Positions 1 through 8,853 are shown, counted from the first letter of the stretch. The stretch: 64,000 nt of DNA from an uncultured Candidatus Saccharibacteria bacterium (GCA_964456235.1 CAYWDX010000002.1:78061-142060); one strand, 5' to 3'. Numbers and translations are program-made. Notes: a model not told the origin generated them from the sequence alone.

Positions 1-889
1 AGCTTTTCACAGGAAGGTTCGCGGTAAAGTTCTGCCAGTTTTCCGGGCTCACCTCGGCGAGTTCGGCCCACGTCTGGCCATCCAAGCTGTAGCTCACCTT
101 GAGGAAATTTTCATTGACGATCGGTGCAGGAGCCGTGACCGGCGGCAGGGGCGCGGGTGTCGGCGCTGGCGCGGAGGCACCGCCGCCGTTGTCGGTCGCG
201 GAACCCGCGTCGGTAGCAGTGAGATTGGTAGATGCATCGGGCGCGACAATAACGGTCGACGTGTCAGGCGGCGGCGCGACATCATCCGCAAGCGCGCGGT
301 TGATAAAGAAAAGCATCGAGGTGCTCGGCGGCGCAGCAATCGTGGAACTGTCGGTGCTCGATGTAGCGGCCGCGGGCGTTGCATTCACCGGCGCGACTGG
401 CGTTGAACTAGGCAGTCCTGGAATATACCAAATGAATGACAAGCCGACGCTCGTCACATCGCCCTGCGTCGCGAAGTCGGGCGGAACAAACGCGCCACAA
501 TAAATCTGCGCAAGAGGATTCGTCGGGTCATACGCGCTCGCATTGGTGCTATCGATCGGCGTGTTCGATGCGTTCAGGCTTTCGGGATTGCCTTGCGCGT
601 TCGCCGGACTTTGCCAACTACCCAAACACGTGAGCGGGAAAAAATCTTTCACTTCCGCGTGTGTAGAAATTTTCCGCGCACTCCAAAAAATCCCGGTTAC
701 GAGAGCAATCATAAGCGCGGCGGTCACCCACGGCCGCCGGCGCCATAGGCCCGGCTTCAAATTTAAAACATTCTTCCCGTAAACAAGGCGGCGCGCCGAA
801 CGGACGATCGAATCAAAACGAGATTTCGCTTCGTTCGCTTGAACGTCAAACACGCCTCTCGGCCCTGTTTCTTTTCTTGGCCCAGACAT
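1..889 (-). CDS. Hypothetical membrane-anchored/secreted protein with long Ala/Pro/Thr/Gly-rich low-complexity region (3' end beyond window edge)
   Basis: Minus-strand ATG at 889-887 preceded by in-frame stop. Translation MSGPRKETGPRGVFDVQANEAKSRFDS...PWVTAALMIALVTGIFW (one TM/signal anchor) followed by A/P/T-rich tract running off position 1. Not in the supplied ORF track (runs off the window edge). The antisense ORF 99-503(+) is low-complexity. Confidence 0.55.
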   Translation of the reverse strand, partial: MSGPRKETGPRGVFDVQANEAKSRFDSIVRSARRLVYGKNVLNLKPGLWRRRPWVTAALMIALVTGIFWSARKISTHAEVKDFFPLTCLGSWQSPANAQGNPESLNASNTPIDSTNASAYDPTNPLAQIYCGAFVPPDFATQGDVTSVGLSFIWYIPGLPSSTPVAPVNATPAAATSSTDSSTIAAPPSTSMLFFINRALADDVAPPPDTSTVIVAPDASTNLTATDAGSATDNGGGASAPAPTPAPLPPVTAPAPIVNENFLKVSYSLDGQTWAELAEVSPENWQNFTANLPVKS

Positions 890-994
890 TCCCTATGATT
901 CTATCACCTAATGAAGCAGAAGCCCCAGTTTTTCTGGGGATTTCTCGCTCGCGTATCCGCGCTACATATTCGCAATCAAATCCGGGGCTTGAAC

Positions 995-1612
995 CTAATG
1001 TTTTGAAAAAGCCTCATCAACTCCCCTCCAATTAACCACATTCCACCAGGCGTCAATGTAATCGGGGCGTTTATTCTGGTATTTCAGATAATATGCGTGT
1101 TCCCAGACATCCAGGCCGAGGATCGGCGTCGCGCCCACCATGAGCGGGCTGTCCTGATTCGGCGTAGTCATGACGAGGATTTTTCCATCGCTATTGCGCG
1201 CAAGCCACGCCCAACCCGATCCGAAAACTCCCGCTGCCGCCTTCGTGAACGCATCTTTAAACCTCGCGAAGTCGCCGAATGTTGCCGCGATCGCATCGGC
1301 GATTTTTCCCGATGGCTCGCCGCCTCCCCCATCCCCCGCGCGAGCCATGATCGTCCAGAAAAAAGAATGGTTCAGATGGCCGCCGCCATGATTACGTACC
1401 GCCATCCGAATGTCTTCCGGAACCTTGGGGAGGTTCGCGAGAAGCGAAGCGAGCGGGGCCTCGGCAATTTCCGGATGCTTGTCGAGCGCCTCATTCAATT
1501 TCGTTACATAGGTTTGATGATGCTTCGTATGGTGAAGCTCCATCGTCTTCGCGTCGATGTACGGCTCGAGCGCGTCGTAGGCGTAAGGAAGTTGTGGGAG
1601 TTCGTATTTCAT
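995..1612 (-). CDS. sodA: Fe/Mn superoxide dismutase
   Basis: 205 aa; [36 protein letters not shown]... and C-terminal DVWEHAYYL are canonical Fe/Mn-SOD motifs. Confidence 0.92.
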   Translation of the reverse strand: MKYELPQLPYAYDALEPYIDAKTMELHHTKHHQTYVTKLNEALDKHPEIAEAPLASLLANLPKVPEDIRMAVRNHGGGHLNHSFFWTIMARAGDGGGGEPSGKIADAIAATFGDFARFKDAFTKAAAGVFGSGWAWLARNSDGKILVMTTPNQDSPLMVGATPILGLDVWEHAYYLKYQNKRPDYIDAWWNVVNWRGVDEAFSKH

Positions 1613-1629
1613 TGTGATTTTCGTTTAAT

Positions 1630-1635
1630 TATAAT
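1630..1635 (+). promoter_or_regulatory. Candidate -10 (TATAAT) in AT-rich divergent region upstream of tRNA-Gln and sodA
   Basis: tataat at 1630-1635, about 20 nt before the tRNA 5' end; weak -35. The AT-rich stretch also lies upstream of sodA on the opposite strand. Confidence 0.3.
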
Positions 1636-1655
1636 ACATTATGCGGGATGGTAAT

Positions 1656-1729
1656 TGGGGGGTCGTCTAACGGTAGGACAGCGGCCTTTGAAGCCGTGAA
1701 TCGGGGTTCGATTCCCTGCCCCCCAGCCA
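1656..1729 (+). tRNA. tRNA-Gln (anticodon TTG), CCA encoded
   Basis: Cloverleaf: acceptor TGGGGGG/CCCCCCA, D-stem GTCT/GGAC, anticodon stem GCGGC/GCCGT with loop CTTTGAA (TTG), T-arm CGGGG-TTCGATT-CCCTG, discriminator G, then CCA. Confidence 0.85.
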
Positions 1730-1734
1730 AGAAA

Positions 1735-1771
1735 TTTTACAAAAACAAAACGGGTGCGCTACTGCGCACCC
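1735..1771 (-). terminator. Intrinsic terminator for the ECF sigma gene, overlapping its stop codon
   Basis: Stem GGGTGCGC (1752-1759) / GCGCACCC (1764-1771), loop TACT. On the minus strand it is followed by GUUUUGUUUUUGU. Confidence 0.5.
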
Positions 1772-2385
1772 AGTGAAGTTGCTACCTCTCGTGAGGCATA
1801 CTCAGCGAGAAGAACTTCAAAATTAGAGAGATCCATCTCAGGGTTAATGAGCTGCACCAGCCTTGCGCGCGCCTTGTGGAGTTGGGATTTACTGTTTCCG
1901 ATACTGCAGTCCAGCATAGCGGCGATCTCTACATGCTCATACCCCTGAATGTCGTGAAGGAAAAAGACTATCTGGTAACCAGGCGGTAATGCATCAAACT
2001 CCGCCCAGAAACGTACCCGCTCAGGCGACATTGTGAGTTGAGGATCAACGACCCCTTCATCAAATCGCGGCTCACCCCGCTCATCGCTCGCTTCATTCAT
2101 CGCATCAAGCGATACTCCATCGATAACCTTTTTCCGTCGTCCCATCAGAACGACATTGACGGCGATGCGATAAACGAAAGTAGAGAGAGCGGATTCGCCC
2201 CGAAAGAGATGTAGTTTTCGATAGAGTTGAAGGAAGGTGTCTTGAGTAAACTCCTCTGCTTCGGCAGGATTGCCGGTCATCCTAAGGAAAACACGCCAAA
2301 CACCTGACCGATTTGCAGAATAGAGCGCCTCAAATGCTGCTTCATCGCCCTCCCTTGCCCGTTGAACCATTTCCGCCTCTGTCAT
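1759..2385 (-). CDS. RNA polymerase sigma-70 factor, ECF subfamily
   Basis: 208 aa; sigma-70 region 2 (FEALYSANRSGVWRVFLRMTGNPAEAEEFTQDTFLQLYRKLHLF) and region 4 (YQIVFFLHDIQGYEHVEIAAMLDCSIGNSKSQLHKARARL). GGAGG SD about 8 nt upstream. Confidence 0.85.
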   Translation of the reverse strand: MTEAEMVQRAREGDEAAFEALYSANRSGVWRVFLRMTGNPAEAEEFTQDTFLQLYRKLHLFRGESALSTFVYRIAVNVVLMGRRKKVIDGVSLDAMNEASDERGEPRFDEGVVDPQLTMSPERVRFWAEFDALPPGYQIVFFLHDIQGYEHVEIAAMLDCSIGNSKSQLHKARARLVQLINPEMDLSNFEVLLAEYASREVATSLGAQ

Positions 2386-2445
2386 ACCAGGCCTCCACTT
2401 CCAGACCTACTAAAAAAATCTTAATACTGCTTATGGAAAAAGGCA

Positions 2446-2480
2446 ACAAAAAAATCCCGACCAATTACCAGATCGGGATT
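2446..2480 (-). terminator. Intrinsic terminator between the ParB-like gene and the sigma gene
   Basis: Stem AATCCCGA (2453-2460) / TCGGGATT (2473-2480), 12-nt loop; U7 run on the minus strand (plus A-run 2446-2452). Confidence 0.5.
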
Positions 2481-2668
2481 CTGCCGCCGGTTCCGAAAGT
2501 TACCGTCGGCGATGCCGTTTCCCTTTAGCAACTCGATCAAGAGATTCAGCAAGGGTGCTCAACTGTGCACAGCGGCGATCCAAGATCCTTACCACGGTGC
2601 TGAGATCTTTTTGAGAACGATGTCGGAACATGTCCTCAAAAACTTTGTGAGGCATGCTGAGCAAAACC

Positions 2669-3412
2669 TCAGCATCGTCTCCCAAGCGCGTAAGGACCTC
2701 TTCTCCTCCCACGCTTACGCAACATCTCGCCACTTCCCACTTGGGTCCGAACGAAACCCAATGCCTGCTTGAGCTTCAGCTCTCTCCCGACGATCCCTGC
2801 GGCGAGCGAGCATTGCCGCGCCGGTGGAAGATTTGCGAGAGCAATGGCGACCTGAAACTTCAGTCGCTTCGCGTCGGGTCGCGAGGGATCCATCAGTGCC
2901 TGAACTCGCGGATCCAGCTTTAGCAAGCTCAGATGCTGGTGAACCCACGCCGGCGAGTGCGCGAATATTTTGGCGAGTTTCTCCAGGACTTTCGCGCCAT
3001 ATTCCGATGTCGGTCCAAAGTGGGACAGCTTGATCCGCTGAATAGCCCGTGCTGTCTCCAGCGGGGTGTGGCCAGCGCGACCAAAGTTAGGCACGACCGA
3101 CTGAAGAAATTGATCATCGGCGGACGCTACTGTTCGCACCTCCGCAATCATGGTTGGGATATTTTTTAAGCCACAGGCCTGAAAGCGACGCTCCCCATCG
3201 ATCAACTCGAACTGATGACTCGGATCATCAGAAATCGGACGAACGCAGACCGGCGTCCTTTGTCCAATCTCTGCAATACTTTCCGCCAAGTTCCTGAGCT
3301 CCTCTGCGTTGAAATGTTTCCTCGGCTGATCTGCAAAGGGCCTGATCAACCGACGCTCGATCTTCACAATCGCTCCGACTTGGACCACTGATGGTGCTAC
3401 TCCCGCCGCCAT
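2669..3412 (-). CDS. ParB-like nuclease-domain protein (ParB/Srx N-terminal domain), stand-alone
   Basis: 247 aa; IRPFADQPRKHFNAEELRNLAESIAEIGQRTPVCVRP...ELIDGERRFQACGL is the ParB N-terminal/Srx fold. Shorter than canonical chromosomal ParB and has no parA neighbour. Confidence 0.7.
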   Translation of the reverse strand: MAAGVAPSVVQVGAIVKIERRLIRPFADQPRKHFNAEELRNLAESIAEIGQRTPVCVRPISDDPSHQFELIDGERRFQACGLKNIPTMIAEVRTVASADDQFLQSVVPNFGRAGHTPLETARAIQRIKLSHFGPTSEYGAKVLEKLAKIFAHSPAWVHQHLSLLKLDPRVQALMDPSRPDAKRLKFQVAIALANLPPARQCSLAAGIVGRELKLKQALGFVRTQVGSGEMLRKRGRRRGPYALGRRC

Positions 3413-3567
3413 CCTGCCCTCCTCGCTTCTAAAATCCTTAGAACTGCTGCCGGAATACTAACAATGCCGGCGGTTTTAATCAAGTAAAAGGTTCGGCAGC
3501 GTCCAATTCCTACAAGAAAACCTTGGCGCACCGGGTCAGGCGATGCTCTTTCAATTTACCGCAACAA

Positions 3568-4986
3568 TTATGAAGCCCTCCTCACAATACAAAACGGGGT
3601 CATCTCGTCAGATTGCCCAAGCGGATTATCCTTGAAAAGTTGGCCGATGAATTTTTCTGAAATTTTTCGCGTGGATTTGCCGAGCGAGAATACTCCGAGA
3701 TAATTTGCGTCGAGGATGACAACGTCGTGGCCGGTATGTTCTTTGATGCGCCGAGCGACCCCGTTCGGGTCCCCGGGGGCCAGCTTAGCCGAGTGCGCAT
3801 ACTTCAGTATAGTGAAGGACATCGGGCAGTCGATTGACTTAGCTTGCTTTCCGCAGAGCCGATAGAACATTCCGCCGATGCCGAGGGGGCGCGTCACGGC
3901 GGCTATCGCGGCGGCGGCGAAAACGCGGGGATACCCAACTTCTTCGATTAAGAGCTGCATAGCGAGCGATGTACCGTGGCCGAAGCCGTGGAATGCGCTT
4001 GTCCCGTAAAAGGTACCGACGTTGCGGGCGAGAAATCGCGCAAGGCGCGTCGGCTTAATATCGCCGAAATCGACGATCCGGTTCTGGGTGACGCAGAGTG
4101 CTTTTTCACTTATAAAAATAATATCGTCAGGCAAAAGGTAGGGGCTCACATACGCCTCGATAAGCGGCATGATGTCGGTGTCCTTTTCCGTTATGAGGCG
4201 CGTTTTCACCGGCAAGCGAAGGTAGGTGTCGTGATCGATATCGGTTTCGATTTTCTTGCCGGGATTAGCAGTAAACTTTCCCGAGGGTGGACGGGCGGGT
4301 GCTTCGAATTCTTCAAATGAAGGTTTTTCGCCGCGGAAAAGCGCGAACAAGGTTCCGAGGAATTGATAGATAGCCGTACCGTTTTCACCGAGCTTTGTGC
4401 GAGAGTTTAAGTTCTCCGTCGCTTCACTATAGAGAATATGCGCTTGGTCAATATCCGCCTCACTGAAAGCGGCTTCTACGGTCGGCGCACCCTCCGCCAC
4501 CATCCGCACAACAACCGAGCCGTCTCCCTGCGGCGTATAGAGAATTTCAATCCCGGTTTTTTTCTTCAGTTCTGTGTAGGTCTGCGTCTTTTCAACGAAA
4601 TGCCTTACGACGATCGGTATTGCTTTATGATGTTTAACTTCCGTTATGGTATTTTTACCATCCACGAATACGACGATGGGGTTCAGATCCTTAAGCTCGG
4701 AGGATTCGAGCCATACTTCGGCAAGAATAATTATCTTATCGCCCGGCTGGAAGTGATGCGCTGGCGGTCCATTGAGGCAGATGTCGCCATTGCCGCGCGG
4801 GCCGGGAATGACGTAGGTTTGCCAAAATACGCCATTGCGCAGATTAGTGATATTAACATACTGGAACGGCTTCATGCCGCTCGCCTCAATCAAAGCTTGG
4901 TCTATGGTTATGGAGCCGATGTAATTCAGATCGGCTTCGGTCACGGTGGCCCGATGTATTTTTGCCATGCAGGCGCGAATGAGCAT
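3568..4986 (-). CDS. Fusion protein: N-terminal aspartate 1-decarboxylase (PanD, pyruvoyl-dependent)-like domain plus ~350-aa C-terminal domain of uncertain function (possible CofE/F420-0:gamma-glutamyl-ligase-like fold)
   Basis: 472 aa; the N-terminal ~115 aa (MLIRACMAKIHRATVTEADLNYIGSITIDQALIEASGM...ICLNGPPAHHFQPGDKIIILAEV) aligns to PanD, including the Gly-Ser self-cleavage position (YIGSITID). The C-terminal part carries FISEKALCVTQNRIV (resembles the CofE VVSKAEGR region) and GVFSLGKST (GxxxxGKST). Confidence 0.65.
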   Translation of the reverse strand: MLIRACMAKIHRATVTEADLNYIGSITIDQALIEASGMKPFQYVNITNLRNGVFWQTYVIPGPRGNGDICLNGPPAHHFQPGDKIIILAEVWLESSELKDLNPIVVFVDGKNTITEVKHHKAIPIVVRHFVEKTQTYTELKKKTGIEILYTPQGDGSVVVRMVAEGAPTVEAAFSEADIDQAHILYSEATENLNSRTKLGENGTAIYQFLGTLFALFRGEKPSFEEFEAPARPPSGKFTANPGKKIETDIDHDTYLRLPVKTRLITEKDTDIMPLIEAYVSPYLLPDDIIFISEKALCVTQNRIVDFGDIKPTRLARFLARNVGTFYGTSAFHGFGHGTSLAMQLLIEEVGYPRVFAAAAIAAVTRPLGIGGMFYRLCGKQAKSIDCPMSFTILKYAHSAKLAPGDPNGVARRIKEHTGHDVVILDANYLGVFSLGKSTRKISEKFIGQLFKDNPLGQSDEMTPFCIVRRAS

Positions 4987-5012
4987 GTCGCTACTATTCT
5001 ATTGCGCCACTA

Positions 5013-6668
5013 TCACTTCTGCAACGGTATGCTCACATGGAACGCACTCCCCTTCCCTTCGCCCGGAGATTCCGCCCAGATTTTCCCTCCGTGGGCCTCT
5101 GCAATTTTCCGCGCAATAAACAAACCGAGACCAGTACCGCGAATCTGCTTCTTGATGCGTTCGTCGCGCACAAATTCTTCAAAAAGATGCGGGATGAGCT
5201 CTGCCGGAACTCCCACGCCCGAATCAGCAACGCTTACGGTTGCCGTCCCGATCGTAGCGCCCGGCGCGGCGCTCGCTGCCCCCGGCGCGAGCTCTTCGGT
5301 GAGCGTTACGTGAACAAAACCGGTTGGCGTGTATTTGATCGCGTTGTCGGTCAGGTTCTGGATCACCTGCTTTAGTTTTTCCGCATCCGCATTGACCCAA
5401 ACCGAATGGTCCGGCGCCTGGAGCGTGAATTCGAGCTTCTTTGTTTCGGCGAGCGGCTTCAGCAGATCAACCATGCCGGCGACCATTGGCGTGAGGTCGG
5501 TTTTCGCAAATGAATATTCCATTTTACCTTCTTCCACTTTGCGCACGTCGAGGAGCGTGTTGATGAGGCCGATGAGATCGTCGGCCGAGCGGCCAATTTT
5601 TGCGAGCGACTCTTTTACCTTCGGCTCGACGGCGCCGTAGGATCCATCGATGATCAGCGAGGTGAACCCTTTTATCGCCGCAAGCGGTGAACGGATCTGG
5701 TGAGACGCGAGCGACAAGAGTTCGCTCTTGAAATGCGAGAGCTCGTCGAGCTGGGCGTTCTTTTCTTCGAGTTGCTTATCCAACCGCTCGAGCTCTTCGC
5801 GCTGTTCGACCTCTTTGCGGACGCTCTTGATCAAGAAAACGCTGAAAACCAACGTGAGGGCAAACACAGCGGCTCGAAATAGTGTGGTCGCCAGATTTCC
5901 TGAAAGGACGACTTCTGCGAGAGAAATAATAGAGAGGATGAAGGCGAGGATTTCGGTGGCGATCACCTTCACATTCAGCAAATGGTGACGCAGCATCGCA
6001 TACGAGGTAAGCGCGACGAACGGGAAAAGAAAGAGCGCGCCAAATTTTATATAGTGGGTGTCTTCAAAAAATGCGGGTAACACAAAATTAAAAATGAGGA
6101 TGAGGCCAACCATGAGCATGAAGCCAAGCAGGAAAACGCGCAGAGCTTTCTTTTCGTCGGCTTCAGCTTTGCTCACGCGCCGAAGCAAAAAGATGATGCC
6201 TCCGATATTCAAAAATCCGACGATCGCTGCAAAGAAAATAATTCCTGGCCCATTAGTAACGTGCGCAACAGGACCCTCGGTAGATCCGGCCACTTGAGAA
6301 AATATAAGTGGCGTGAGCGTGAGCGCAGCGGCAACCATGGTCAACGGAACGAGGAGGCGCGAAAAATAGGGCGAGAATTGGGCCTGCTCGCGCGGAAAAA
6401 TATATGAAAGGGCGAATGTGAAAAATGAAGCGAGAACGCCGAAGAACAGCACGAGGCGCAGCAACCAGAACGACGCCTCTGATGATGAAACTTGATAAGA
6501 AGAATAATTGACAATACCCCAGATGCTCGCGCTCACGGCAAGCGCGAGGAAAAAGCGACTCGAAATGCTTTTAGAATTGCTGAAAAAGGTGATGAAACCA
6601 AGGATCACCATTCCGGCGGTCGCAACTCCGACTGACAGCAAATCGAGGTTTCCAAAACTTATTCCCAT
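5013..6668 (-). CDS. Sensor histidine kinase with multi-TM N-terminal sensor domain
   Basis: 551 aa; about 7-8 predicted TM helices, coiled-coil linker, HisKA (SHQIRSPLAAIKGF), HATPase_c (NLTDNAIKYT...GTGLGLFIARKIAEAHGG). A Gly/Ala-rich low-complexity insert lies in the ATPase domain. Confidence 0.85.
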   Translation of the reverse strand: MGISFGNLDLLSVGVATAGMVILGFITFFSNSKSISSRFFLALAVSASIWGIVNYSSYQVSSSEASFWLLRLVLFFGVLASFFTFALSYIFPREQAQFSPYFSRLLVPLTMVAAALTLTPLIFSQVAGSTEGPVAHVTNGPGIIFFAAIVGFLNIGGIIFLLRRVSKAEADEKKALRVFLLGFMLMVGLILIFNFVLPAFFEDTHYIKFGALFLFPFVALTSYAMLRHHLLNVKVIATEILAFILSIISLAEVVLSGNLATTLFRAAVFALTLVFSVFLIKSVRKEVEQREELERLDKQLEEKNAQLDELSHFKSELLSLASHQIRSPLAAIKGFTSLIIDGSYGAVEPKVKESLAKIGRSADDLIGLINTLLDVRKVEEGKMEYSFAKTDLTPMVAGMVDLLKPLAETKKLEFTLQAPDHSVWVNADAEKLKQVIQNLTDNAIKYTPTGFVHVTLTEELAPGAASAAPGATIGTATVSVADSGVGVPAELIPHLFEEFVRDERIKKQIRGTGLGLFIARKIAEAHGGKIWAESPGEGKGSAFHVSIPLQK

Positions 6669-7705
6669 TGGATTTCTGGTGGTCGTTTATGCGAAACGGC
6701 GGTTGGCGGACCAGAGTGCCCGATGCGGAACGCAACGGCAAGAATCCCGTTCGTGGTTTTGAACGATTCGCGCAACCGATCATAGGCACGATCAATGATT
6801 TCTCGATCGAGCGCTGAAAAATGTGCTGCGTTTCCTAAGTTCGCTTGTTGCCATAAGAAAAGAACGCCGGTGATTAACTGAAATCCCAAGCCGAGTTTCG
6901 CCGCGCGCAACCAAATATTTTCCACCATCTTCCCCGCTTCAATAAAATCTTGGTCATTGTCTTTTACGGCGATCACGCCGATCAAGCCGGCCGATGAAAT
7001 CGTTTTCGCGTTTTCCTCATAAATTTTTTTAGGAATTTTTAATTTGGAAAGGAACTGCGCCGTCTTCCATTTTCTCAATAATTTGAAGATGGAAGATTTT
7101 GGCGGTTTCACCTCCATGGTTCGCACATATAAACCTTTGCGAGTCTTTTGATGCTCTTCTTCCCATAAAATTTCTTCGAAAAGGAGGCGGTGCAGCAGTT
7201 CATTTTGGAATGTAACGAGGATGTCGAACGCCAAATTTTCTGCCACCGGCTGCAGCTCCCCTTCAACGATCGAAAGCTCGCACGATGGGAATCGCTGAGC
7301 TTCTTCAAAGAGATATTTCTTGTCGTGCTCGCCGATCGGGGTTGTTTTAAAGGGGCGTCGGTTCGTGTGCCGATGAGAAATGGCCGAGGCCAAATTGTGA
7401 GTCACGACTTTTTCTGCCGGCCTCAATTCGAAGGAGGCAAAAACATTCCCGCCGGGAAACACGGTGACATGCGGCGCGAAACCTTGCTGGCGGGCCGCGA
7501 TTTCCATATTTTCAATAAGCGCTCCGTGAGCGACATAGGTGCCGCGATTTCGAAAATTCATCACCGCATGGTCGCGTTCGGGCAAACCAATCACATCAAT
7601 TTTGTTCCCGTTCCCGCGAACAGCAAACTTCCACGGCTGCGAATTGCTCCCCGACGGCGCCAGGTTCCCCGCCTCTATGATTGCCTGAATTTTTTCTTTT
7701 TGCAT
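6659..7705 (-). CDS. Tandem nitroreductase-family (FMN oxidoreductase-fold) protein
   Basis: 348 aa; nitroreductase signature APSGSNSQPWKF at the N-terminus and a second degenerate nitroreductase-like half. Overlaps the HK start by 10 nt. Confidence 0.75.
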   Translation of the reverse strand: MQKEKIQAIIEAGNLAPSGSNSQPWKFAVRGNGNKIDVIGLPERDHAVMNFRNRGTYVAHGALIENMEIAARQQGFAPHVTVFPGGNVFASFELRPAEKVVTHNLASAISHRHTNRRPFKTTPIGEHDKKYLFEEAQRFPSCELSIVEGELQPVAENLAFDILVTFQNELLHRLLFEEILWEEEHQKTRKGLYVRTMEVKPPKSSIFKLLRKWKTAQFLSKLKIPKKIYEENAKTISSAGLIGVIAVKDNDQDFIEAGKMVENIWLRAAKLGLGFQLITGVLFLWQQANLGNAAHFSALDREIIDRAYDRLRESFKTTNGILAVAFRIGHSGPPTAVSHKRPPEIQWE

Positions 7706-7712
7706 TAAGAAA

Positions 7713-8843
7713 CTATGCCTGCGGAGGCGGACCGCTCATCATTTTCATGAATCGCTCGAGTTCCCGTTTGCGGAGCTGCAATTCGTCCGCATAGTTTGGG
7801 TCAAGCACCGATTCAAGATTAATTTCAGATTTTCCTTCGGTTACCGGTTGGCCGAGCGCAATGCGTCGCACGAGATACGCAATGATCACGCCGGAAAGCG
7901 TTGCGGCCGAAGCGAGCTGTGGCCAGGAATAAAGCGTTTTCCCAACCTCTTGCACCGATTGGAGCACGCGCGAGGGCACGAGCGACACGTCAATAATTTT
8001 TGCCATCGCTTCAAACATTTTTGGAGGCGACCTCTTGATTTCGTCGATATCCATCCCCTCGAGTGCTCCGTAAAATGGCTTCAGATCAGGGCGGAGGTCA
8101 AAGCGCTCAACGTCCACAATCACACTATCGCCATTATCCGTCACCATCACGACCGGCATGTTCCGTTTCTTTGCCCCCTCGCGCATTTTCACCTTCATTG
8201 CAATATCGTCCAATTCCTCGACGAGCACATTTAAACCATTCAAGAACTCATCGATGTTCGCCGGCGTGATGCCGTCAAGATAGCAGTGGATCTCGGCATA
8301 CGGATTGAGTTGGTAAAGGTACCGCGCGATCACTTCAGTCTTATTGATGCCGATCTGCGTGAAGTCGAAACGCATTCGATTTAGATTGGTTGGCGAAACC
8401 GTGTCGGGATCCGCTAGTTTAATAACCCGAGCGCCGCCCATGAGGGCGAGCGTCACTGCGCCATGACTCCCCACGCTAAGCCCCGCCACACCAACCGCGC
8501 AGTTATAAAACTTCTCTTGCTCCTCTTTATTGATGATATTGCGATTGCGTGCAGTGCGAATTTCCTGGTGCAGCGCATCGTCGAGATAGTGGACCAGCGT
8601 TTCGTTCCAAGGGAAAAACACCCACTTGCCACAGATCTCAAGCGGCTGCCCGCCGGAATGCTCTTTAATAAAGGCCTCGAATTCTGCCTGGTACTGCTTA
8701 TTGAACCGGAAACGTGGGTTATGGATCAGAAAGACGTCCTCAAGTTGCTCACGATAGACATCAACAACAGCATGGGGAGGATGCGTCTTTTTAATCTCTT
8801 CAAGAGAAGTTTGCTTGGGGTCAAAAATGATGGGTTTTTCCAT
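7713..8843 (-). CDS. E1-like / ThiF-MoeB family adenylyltransferase-fold protein
   Basis: 376 aa; Rossmann/ATP motif NCAVGVAGLSVGSHGAVTLALMGGARVIKLADPDTVSPTNLNRMRF matches the ThiF/MoeB/E1 superfamily. Only 7 nt separate it from the nitroreductase gene. Confidence 0.75.
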   Translation of the reverse strand: MEKPIIFDPKQTSLEEIKKTHPPHAVVDVYREQLEDVFLIHNPRFRFNKQYQAEFEAFIKEHSGGQPLEICGKWVFFPWNETLVHYLDDALHQEIRTARNRNIINKEEQEKFYNCAVGVAGLSVGSHGAVTLALMGGARVIKLADPDTVSPTNLNRMRFDFTQIGINKTEVIARYLYQLNPYAEIHCYLDGITPANIDEFLNGLNVLVEELDDIAMKVKMREGAKKRNMPVVMVTDNGDSVIVDVERFDLRPDLKPFYGALEGMDIDEIKRSPPKMFEAMAKIIDVSLVPSRVLQSVQEVGKTLYSWPQLASAATLSGVIIAYLVRRIALGQPVTEGKSEINLESVLDPNYADELQLRKRELERFMKMMSGPPPQA

Positions 8844-8853
8844 GTGTTCATAA

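Noticed and set aside
99-503. 134-aa plus-strand ORF (Gly/Ala-rich) at the window start
   Set aside because: - It is antisense to a longer minus-strand gene (<1..889) that has a TM anchor and a sensible start.
- The plus ORF is pure low-complexity sequence.
913-935. CCCCAG-TTTTT-CTGGGG hairpin downstream of sodA as a terminator
   Set aside because: - The stem is only 6 bp.
- The trailing U-tract on the sodA strand is poor.
- It may simply be part of the divergent promoter region.
2500-2733. 77-aa minus-strand ORF overlapping the ParB-like 3' end (possible anti-sigma or ParB C-terminus via frameshift)
   Set aside because: - No recognisable motif.
- It overlaps another CDS by 65 nt.
- A terminator follows.
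- A frameshift could not be established without alignment.
- Left uncalled.
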